A model generated the notes under the pieces. It had not been told where the DNA came from. It saw nothing but the letters and a program-made list of their open reading frames with translations, and did not search any database. Below are positions 55,089 through 64,000 of a DNA stretch of 64,000 bases, piece by piece. The position numbers and the translations under genes were made by a program. Source of the DNA: the human T2T-CHM13v2.0 reference genome, Homo sapiens. The DNA is taken from assembly GCF_009914755.1 (NCBI RefSeq), contig NC_060928.1; one strand, given 5' to 3'. Position 1 is the first letter of the stretch, and each line of letters opens with the position of its first letter.

Positions 55089-55541
55089 TGTATTTGTTTT
55101 CCAGAAATGCCATAAAAAATCACGATGAAGTGGCTTAAAACAACAGACATGTATTTTTTCACAGTTCTGGAAGCTAGAAGCCTGAAATTGAGGTGTTGGC
55201 AGGGCCATGTTAATTTCTGAAGACTCTAGGGGGAGGATCCCTCTTCGCTTCTTCCTCGATTTCAGTGGTTGTAGATTGCTGTTCCTTGATCTGTAGCCCA
55301 AGCTCTGCCTCCAATGTCAAATGGTGTTTTCTCTCTCTCTGTGTCTCTGTCTTTCTGTGTGTATGTGTCTATATGTTTTCCCTTCAAGGACATCAGTCAT
55401 TGGATTACAGCACACCCTAATCTGATATGATCTCACCTTAATTCAACTAATTATAACTTCAAAGACTGTTTCCAAATAAGATCACTTTCTGAGGTTGCTA
55501 GTAAGCTTGACTTTTAGGGGGCATTATTGAACCATAGTACA
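55089..55541 (-). mobile_element. MLT1B/C MaLR solo LTR
   Basis: 'gtggcttaaaacaacagacatgtattttttcacagttctggaagctagaagcctgaaatt...tccaaataagatcactttctgagg'. Confidence 0.85.
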
Positions 55542-55879
55542 TTGTGTAAAAAATATCCCTGAGAGAACTTTTCAAATCAGGACATTTCTTCACATTAAAT
55601 TACGAGATTTGACTTCCTACCCTTTCCTTCTTGGTCAGGCCTATTACAAAAATTTAACAAGAATACCAAATCTATAACAATGTATGCATATTTGAGTTTT
55701 CTAATTAAAACTACAGAGACTTCTAAAGTGAATCTCTTTAAACCTCTTTTCTAAGTTATTGTGTTTAATAATTAGCTTGGAAATGAAAATGAGAATGATT
55801 AGTTCCCAGAAAATTGAAGATATGTTCTGTTGAGTTTGATTTTGTGCTTAACTTCTGAGTATAACCAGTGGGCAATGTA

Positions 55880-58800
55880 TTTTTTAATAAAAATCTTTTA
55901 ATTTAGAAAGTTTTTATATTTATTAAGAAATTTCAAAGTACAGGGTTCTTATACCTCATACTCAGTTTCTCTCATTGTTAACATCTTATGTTAGTGTGAA
56001 ATAATTGTCATAATTAATGAAACAATATTAATGTATTATTAACCTAAGATCATATTTCATTCAAATTTATTTTTTTTCTTTTACGGTCCCAAGATTCAAT
56101 CCAGGACACCACGTTAACATTTAGTAGTCATGTCTTTGTGGGACGTTTTAAACTACGGCAGTTTCTTAGACTTTCCTTATTTTCAGTGACTTTGATAATT
56201 TTGAGGTGTACTGGTCAGATATTTCTAATCAATTTGGGTTTGTCTAACATTTTCTGTTTTCATGAATAGACTGGCATTATGCATTTTTTTTGTAGGGGGG
56301 AAAGGCCACAGTGATAAAGTGCCACTTTTATTAAATTATACCAAGGATGGATACTTTCAACATGACTTACCACTGTTGGTGTTAACCTTGATCACCTGGC
56401 TGAGGTTGTGTTTGTCAGGTTTTTCCATGTTAGTCACTTTTTTGCCCCCTTTCCTTATCGTACTGTTTCGAAGAAAATTATTGTGTACAGTCCACACTTC
56501 AGGATTGAGGACTTATCCTCCATCTCCACAATGAAGCAGTATCTAGATCCATTATTTGGAATTCTTCTATATTGGACATTTGTCTATTCCTACTCATTTA
56601 TTTGATCACTTATTTAGATCAGTCTAAACTCATGGTATTTCTTTTAGGTTTTATGTAATAATTCAATAATATGTCATTTGTTTTGATGCTTGATTTGTTT
56701 CCGCTTTAGCCATTGGGAACTTTTCACTTGGCTTCCATTCCCACTTTGACATGTCCCCATCATTTGTGTGTCTGTGTGTGTATGTATGTAATATAATATT
56801 AGTTTTTAGCATCAAATGATATTCCAGACTCATCTGGTATATTCCATTCCCCAGGTCTAGGTTCAGCCATTTCCCCGAGGAGCCCTGGTTTCTTTTATTG
56901 GAAAATTGTATTAGAAAGGAAGATCTGGGTGTTGGGCATGCTCATTGTATCAAAGCCCCCTCAACCAACAGAGTTTGAAAACATATTTGCACATATTAAC
57001 CTGTGTCTGCACACAAATTTATAAATATTTCCATATCTCTCCATCTGTATTTATATTAAGTTAAACATGAGTTCATACTGATGTCACCAGCTCGAATCCA
57101 TTACCACATGGATCCTCCTAGCCTTCTCTCTTTGCTTATCTGCAAACTCCCACTCCAACAGTGAGAAACCTGGTTCTACAATCTGCCACTTATTTACTTC
57201 GTTGTTCAATCACAGTACATATCTATGATCATTTCAAAGTTGTCAACCTGGACTCCTGTAAGAACCAACCTTACCAATGAATTAGGTAGTTTTTTTTTTT
57301 CCTGTAGGCTTACAGTCTCTGCATTTCTAAGGTGACTTACATCAGAAGCTTTTTCTCCCATCCTCTTCACTGAAGTTACATGTTTGTAATACAGTTAGAT
57401 CCTTTTGTCACAGTCTATTTTCCATCCTGGGACCACAGACTTCCTTGATTTTTGTTTGTTTGTTTGCATACATTAAGTTTTACTTCTTGTGGTGGAAAAT
57501 TCTCTGGGTTGTGACAAATGCATTGTGTCATGTGTCTACTATTATATATATTATAGAAAATAGCTATACTACTGAAAAAAATACTTTAAGCTTCACTAAA
57601 TTAACACTTCTCATATCCCAAAGCCTAGATAACCACTAATCTGTTTTCCTTCTCTATGGTTTTGCCTTTTCTAAAATGTCATATAAATGGAATCACATAG
57701 TATGTTGCCTTTCAGACCGGTGTCTTTTAACTTAGCAATATACATTTAAAATTCATCCATGTTGTTTCAGGCATTAATTGTTCATCCATTTGTAGCACTA
57801 AATGGTATTCCATTATGTGTGTATACCACAATTTTTGTTAATCTGTTTACCCATTCAAATATATTTTTGTTGCTTCCAGTTTTTGATTATTATGAATAAA
57901 GCTGATACAAACATTCAAGTGCATGTTTTCGTGTGAACTTATGTTTTTAAAACAGTTAAATGAAACTGGAGTGTGATAACGGGTAAAATTATGTTTAGCT
58001 TTAAAAGAAACTGTCAAATGCCTTCCAAAGTGTGTGACATTTTGCATTCCCACTAGCAATAAATGAAAATTCCTGTTGCTCCACATAAAGGAACTAACAC
58101 TATCAGATTTTGGATTTCAACCATTCCAGTGGTTGTGTAGTGGAATGTCATTGTTATTTAATTTGCACTTTCCTAATGGCAAATGATGTAGAGGATGTTT
58201 TCATGTGCTATTTGTCATCTGTGTATCTTCTTTGGTGAGTTGTTCAGATCCTTTGCCCATTTTTAAACTGGGTTGTTTCCTTATGTTTAGTTTCAAGAGG
58301 TTTTTATTATTATTATTTTGCATATTTTGGATACATGTCCTTTATCTGATTAGGATTTGTAAATATCTTTTCAAGCCTGTGACTTCATTTTTTAAAAAAT
58401 AATACATTTCAAATTATAACATTATTCTTTCATGGATTGTGCTTTTCATGTTGAATAGTATCTGAAAATTCATCACCAACCCATAGGTGTCATTTTCTAG
58501 AAGTTTTATAATTTTGCATTTTACATTGAAATCTATGGTACATTTTAAGGTCGTATTTGTGTAAAGCATGAAGTTTTTGTCTTTCTTTCCTTCCTCCCCT
58601 CCCCTTCCCTTCCGTTTCTTTTCTTTCTTTTTCTTTCTTCCCTTCCCTTCCCTTCTCCTACCTTCCTTCCTCCCTCCCTCCCTCCCCCCTCTCCCCACCC
58701 CCTTCTTCCATTCCCCCTTCCCACCTTCCCCCTTCCTTCATTCCCTCCTTTCCCCCTTCCCTCGCTCCCTCCTTCCCCCCTTCCCTTGCTCCTTTCTTCC

Positions 58801-60672
58801 TTCCCTCCTTCCTTCCTTTCTCTTTCCTTCTTTCTTTTGTCATCTAATTATTCTAGCACTATTTGTTGAAAAGACTATGCTTTCTCAATTGTATTGTCCT
58901 TTTGCCCTTGTTAAATGTCAGTCAACTTTATCTCTGTGGGTATATTTCTGGCCTTTCTACTCTGTTTCATTGATCTATGTGTCCATTCTTTTACCAATAT
59001 CATGCTTTCTCGATTATTGTATCATTATAGTAAATCTTGAAATTGCGTAGTGTGAGTCCTCCAAGTTTTTTCTACTTTCTCAATATTGTGTTTGATCTTC
59101 TATCATACAAATGTTAGAATCAGTTTGTCACTATCTCCAAATAAGCTTGCCAGTAATTTGGTTGAAGTTATATTAAATCTGTATATCAATTTGGGAAGAA
59201 CTGACATCTTTACTATGTTGAGTTTTCCAGCCCAAACACAAAACCTCTCTCCATTTATTAGATGTTTTTTGATTTCTTTCATCAGTGTATTTACTTTCCT
59301 GTATAGAGTTCATATATATAATTAGATTTCTACCTAAGGATGTCTATGCTTTTGGTGTTATTATAAAAGGTATTTAAAAATGCAATATTCTCATTTTTCT
59401 TTTCTGATATATAGAAAAGCAATAGACTTCTGAATATTGACCTTATGTCCAGTGACCTTGCTATATCTACTAATTGCTTCAGTAGGTTTTTGTTGATTTT
59501 TTGGGTTATCTACATAGAGAATCATGTCATCTTTGAATAAAAACAGTTTTATTTCTTCCTTTACATTCTGTTTGCTTTTATTTTCCCTTCCCTTGTCTTA
59601 TTGGACTAAGCTAGGACTTCCAGTACAATGTTGGATAGAATGAAAAAAAGGAAGATGTCTTTGCCTTATTTTCAACATAAGGTGGAAAACATTTAGTCTC
59701 TCCCCATTAAGTATAATGATAGCCATATGATACCCACTGCTTAGTGCAAGTACGTATTAGGTGAAGGAAGTTTCCTTATATTCTTAATTTTGTAAAATGT
59801 TTTTATTATAAGTAGGTGGTTAATTTTTGTCAAATGGTTTTCTGCAATTATTGATATGATCATGTGTTTACTTTTATTCAGTCTATAATGGGATGTGTTA
59901 TATTGATTTATTTATAAATATTGAATCAGCATTATATTCCTGATCATGACATATTACACTTTTATATACTGCTAGATTTTATTTGCTAATACCTTATTAA
60001 GTATTTTTCTGTATATGTTCATGAGAGATATCGGCCTCTTGTAATATCTTTATCTGGTTTTGGTATTCGTATTACGGTAATGTGGGGCTCATAAAATGTG
60101 TTGTTAAGTTTTCTTTATTCTTCTATTTTCTGGAAGAGGTTGTAAAAAATTGGCGCTATTTCTTCCTAAGATGTTTGGTAGAGTTAATCCTAGTGATATC
60201 ATCCAGACTTACTGATTTTTAAAATAAGATTTAAAAATTCTAATTCAATTTTAAAAACAGATATAGAGATATTCAGGTTAATTATCCCTGAATGTGTGTT
60301 AGTAGTTTGTATTTGAAAGAATTTATCCATTTTATCTGAGTTCTCAAACTCATGGCCATAGAGTTGTTTGCAGGATTCCCTTATTAGCCTTTTGATGTCC
60401 ATGAGGTTAGTAGTGAGGATCTTCATCTTTCATTGATGATATTGGTAATTTGTGTCTTCTCTTTTTCCTTGTTTAGTTTACCTAGAGGCTTACCATTTTT
60501 ATTAACCATTCCAAAAAACAGGCTTTGATTTCGTTGATTTTCCTCTTTTTTTTTTTTTATACTGTTTTCAATTCCATTGATTTCTGTTCTGGTTTTTAAT
60601 TATTTTATGCCTTCTGCTTATTTTAGGTTGAATTTGCCCTCTGTTCTCTGGTTTACTACAGTGGGTGCTTAG
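55880..60672 (-). mobile_element. L1MC-type LINE-1, about 4.8 kb (long 3' UTR and ORF2)
   Basis: L1MC 3' UTR 'ctcagtttctctcattgttaacatctta'; ORF2-like peptides (60199-60426 'DIKRLIRESCKQLYGHEFENSDKMDKF'). Confidence 0.88.
58575..58838. repeat. Polypyrimidine (CCTT/CCCT)-type low-complexity tract
   Basis: About 260 bp almost entirely C/T on the + strand. Confidence 0.95.
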
Positions 60673-61388
60673 GTAATTGCAGGCACTGTAATTTGTGCAA
60701 TACTTGCTATGCAATGGGGTTGTTCTGAAACATACCTGGAAGTTGACTTTTGTTCCGGTGAGGTTGGAGGGCAAAAGGAAATTGCAGTCCTCAGCTGCCT
60801 TTGATATCACAGTTTTGGGAAGTAGGCCAAACACGATCATATTGGTGGTGAAGATAGATGAGGAAAACAGAGGGCTAAGAACACAGTAAAGATCCCTATA
60901 GTTAGATATGAGGTCAATATGTTTTGAAAGTCACATTCAGTTTCTTGTCCGCTTGAGAGAGGATGGATTCTGCTTATGATCTCCACACATTCCTGCTGAT
61001 CTGACAACCCCAGCATGGTATCAGGGTTGAATAACCATCTAGTTGAATTCAGCATTTTAAACCACCAACTTGACACTGATTAGAATCCCCGGTGTGCCAC
61101 AAAACGTACTTGCAACCATCCAAACTGAACATAAAAAGATCCTGCAACCGAAACTCTGCTGTTCATCACTCAATCAGAGTCATGTGTTTGCTATCTAAAG
61201 CCAACTTACTGGAGCATGTGGGAATTTTACACATTTAAGTAGATGCAGAACATAATTAAATTTTAAAACTCTGGTTAAGACAATTGTTTTGATGTCTCCT
61301 GAGAGGAATTTTTGCCAAGGTTTTCCTAATACTGGCTTCTCACTTTTTGTTCTCACTCCTAATAGTCTACATTCTAAAAAAAGGAGAC

Positions 61389-61551
61389 TTTTTTTTTTTT
61401 GAGATTGAGTCTTGCTCTGTTGTCCAGGCTGGAGTACAGTAGTGCAACCTCGACTCACTGCAACCTCCGCCCCGCCGGGTTCAAATGATTCCCCTGCCTC
61501 AGCCTCCTGAGTAGCTGGGACTAGAGGTGCACACCACCAGACCTGGCTAAT
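61389..61551 (-). mobile_element. Alu right arm only (5'-truncated) with TSD
   Basis: Poly(T), then 'gagattgagtcttgctctg...acctggctaat'; TSD AAAAAGGAGAC at 61378-61388 and 61552-61562. Confidence 0.92.
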
Positions 61552-61685
61552 AAAAAGGAGACATTTTTTAAAAAAACAAATAAATAAATATACAATATGA
61601 ACAATATGAAATACATATTATGATTGTATCTGGAGATTAATGCTAAGAAGATGTAAGCAGACAAAGATGACAGAGATTGACAGGG

Positions 61686-61709
61686 GTGTGTGTGTGTGTG
61701 TGTGTGTGT
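61686..61709. repeat. (GT)12 microsatellite
   Basis: Directly visible. Confidence 0.93.
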
Positions 61710-61779
61710 TTGTGTTTTGGGCAAGGTGTTTACTCCAAACCAAAATTTAGGAAAATTACGTTTAATCAAAAACTTGGAT

Positions 61780-62095
61780 TAAGTGAAGGAAAGAACATTG
61801 CAAAAGTTAAAAATATAAGAGATTCTAGGCAGTGGGATTAGCAAATGCAAAATCCTAAATAAAAATAAGTGTGGCATCCTAAAGGAGCTGCTACAGTGAG
61901 CCTAGAGCAGAGTAAGGTGGGCAAAAATTGGTAGGAGCACTAGTAGGAGAGGAAGACAGGGATCAGTGCATATAGTGTGTTACAGGCTACGTGGAGTTTG
62001 GATTCAATCTGGTGGGCATGTTTTTAACAGGACAGTGAAAGGTCTGATTTATGTTTTTAAAACATTAGTCTGGCAGCTATGAGGAGAATCACTAT
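61780..62095 (-). mobile_element. L2 fragment
   Basis: 'gattctaggcagtgggattagcaaatgcaaa...tctgatttatgtttttaaaacattagtctggcagctat'. Confidence 0.65.
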
Positions 62096-63184
62096 TGACA
62101 AATTTGCTCAGCTTTGGGGTAAACAAGACACTGATACGTAGCATTTTACTTGGAGTTCAGAATGGCTTGAACAAATCTGTGCTAAAAATGACAGTGGAGA
62201 AGTCCTGATATCCTTTAGTAGTATGTTTTTAACAATTTTCCGGGGGCTGAGCCTCAATCCTCCTCATTAAAATGATCAGAAAAGCAGAGAGGGTTATTGG
62301 AGAAAAGGACTAACGATTTTAGTTTTGTTTCAGTTGTTCGGAGGCAATATTATAAAGGCTAATGAACTGGATTCAAAATCAGCTGGTATGAAAAGTAACT
62401 GTGCCCGCGTGCCTGGAGAGAGTTAATGTATCTCCAAGAACATTTACTGACAAGTAGTAATTTGGGAACAAGAAAAATGGAGTCTCCCAAGTCCTATTTC
62501 AGAGACTGAGTGAGGCAAGCTTCTTGGATCTCTACCTTGGATATCTCCTTTATTCTTCAGTCTTGCAATCCATATTGCCTCAGCAATATGGAAACATTAA
62601 TGTTGTCCATTCTTGGAAAGATAAATTAATATCATTGTTAATTATAGGGTATTGTATAAATATTTGGATTTTTATAACTTTGTTAAAGTAGGGAGTCAAA
62701 GGTTGTTTCTCACTAAAGTGGATGATAATAGACTGTTACTGGGCACCTACATTGAATAACTCAAGGAGAACAATCATATCATCCACATGGACAAATCCTT
62801 TGTGTCTAAAATACATCAAATTCAATCCTCACTATTAGTATAACAGCAGGAGAAACTAAAAGTATGACACGTGGACTTGAACCTGTGCTGTTTTCAAGCA
62901 TGCAATTTGACTTACTTCTTCCTTAAGTATAAATTAGATGAAGGTTCAGACCATGCTTTGTTTTGTTTATAATCTCTGAATATTTCTACCTTCTCTGCCG
63001 TGGTGTTTGTTTGCTTTGTGTCTACAGTGTAGGTATTTGTTAAATTGTGACTCTCTAGAACAGCTGAACACTGATGTCATATGAAAATCTCAAAAGAATA
63101 TTTGCTTTATTTAATATCCATATTAGAGAAACAACCCATTAAGGAAAGTGTAGAAACTCATTAATTTATGTATTATTTTTATCT

Positions 63185-63685
63185 ATTTATTTATTCATTC
63201 ACATTACATTTGATGAACATCTAATATGGATCTAGAGCAGTACTAAGGGACAAATTTATAAAAGATAAATAAGATATAGGTTGTCTTAGATGGGCTGACG
63301 TTCTAGTGGGGTAATTATAACATAATTTAATAAGTACTTTGTGGCATAGAACAAAATGCTAATGTCGCATGCAAGAGGGAAATATTTCTTTTGCTAGAAA
63401 GGATAAGGGGAATCTTTTAATAAAGGGTGATATTTGAGAGAGGTTTTCAAAGAACAGTAGGATTTTCTCATGTGAAGAATAATGATGACCCCCAAAAGTA
63501 CAGAGTCATAGAAGCATAAGGCATAATCAGGACAAAGCAAGTAGTCTAGTGGAATTAAATATGGGATATATAGGGAAATAGATGGGAAATGGGATTGAAA
63601 CATTGAATGGGGCCACCTGTAAAGAACAGTTACGTCATGCTAAGGAATTGTATTTTATAAATGACAGATAGTCAATAAAGGTATT
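63185..63685 (-). mobile_element. L2 3' fragment
   Basis: 'ttattcattcacattacatttgatgaacatcta...tcatgctaaggaatt'. Confidence 0.65.
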
Positions 63686-63689
63686 TGAC

Positions 63690-64000
63690 TATTATAATGA
63701 ACTGAATTCTGTGCCTGCACCCCCCAAATTTGTATGTTGGAGTACTAAGCCTGCAATGTGACAGTTTTTGGAGATAGGCCCTTTAAAGAGGTAATAAAGG
63801 TTAAATGAAATCATAAGAGTGGGGCTTTATGCAACATAACTGGTGTCCTTATACAAAGTGGAAGAAATACCAGGGATGTGTGCACACAGAGAAAAGGCCA
63901 TGTGAGGATACAGTGAGACAGCGGCCATCCAAAAGCCAAGGAGAAAGGCCTCAGGAGAAACCAAACCTGCTGACACATTGACCTTGGATTTCCAGCCTTC
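63690..64000 (+). mobile_element. MLT1A/A0 MaLR LTR, runs off the window end
   Basis: 'actgaattctgtg...cccaaatttgtatgttg...gagataggccctttaaagaggtaataaaggttaaatga...aggcctcaggagaaaccaaacctgctgacac'. Confidence 0.9.

Noticed and set aside
58414-59050. Pro/Ser/Phe-rich and Gly/Arg/Glu-rich ORFs
   Set aside because: Artefacts of the low-complexity C/T tract.

Overview
AT-rich, CpG-poor primate (human-like) genomic DNA with no host protein-coding exon, RNA gene or CRISPR-like array that I can recognise. A large share is interspersed repeat. This includes Alus (one AluY nested antisense in an AluJ), several L1 fragments, a near-full-length but dead L1PA8-like element (about 39.1-45.1 kb, minus strand), an intact solo LTR12C/ERV9 LTR with a 4-bp TSD (34921-36351, minus strand), MaLR LTRs, L2/MIR relics and DNA-transposon fossils. 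The ORF track is mostly chance ORFs or L1, Alu, LTR12 and microsatellite translations. Long L1s and most LTRs lie on the minus strand, which suggests a large intron of a + strand gene (inference). I do not see evidence for a new biological system. The best leads are a solo LTR12C promoter, an L1 insertion carrying a tiny inverted ORF1 tag, an in-frame deletion in L1 ORF2, an inverted Tigger2a pair, an unexplained 28-bp direct repeat and candidate enhancers (GATA, TCF/LEF and SOX motif clusters). Subfamily names come from recalled consensus sequences, and boundaries of old repeats are approximate.
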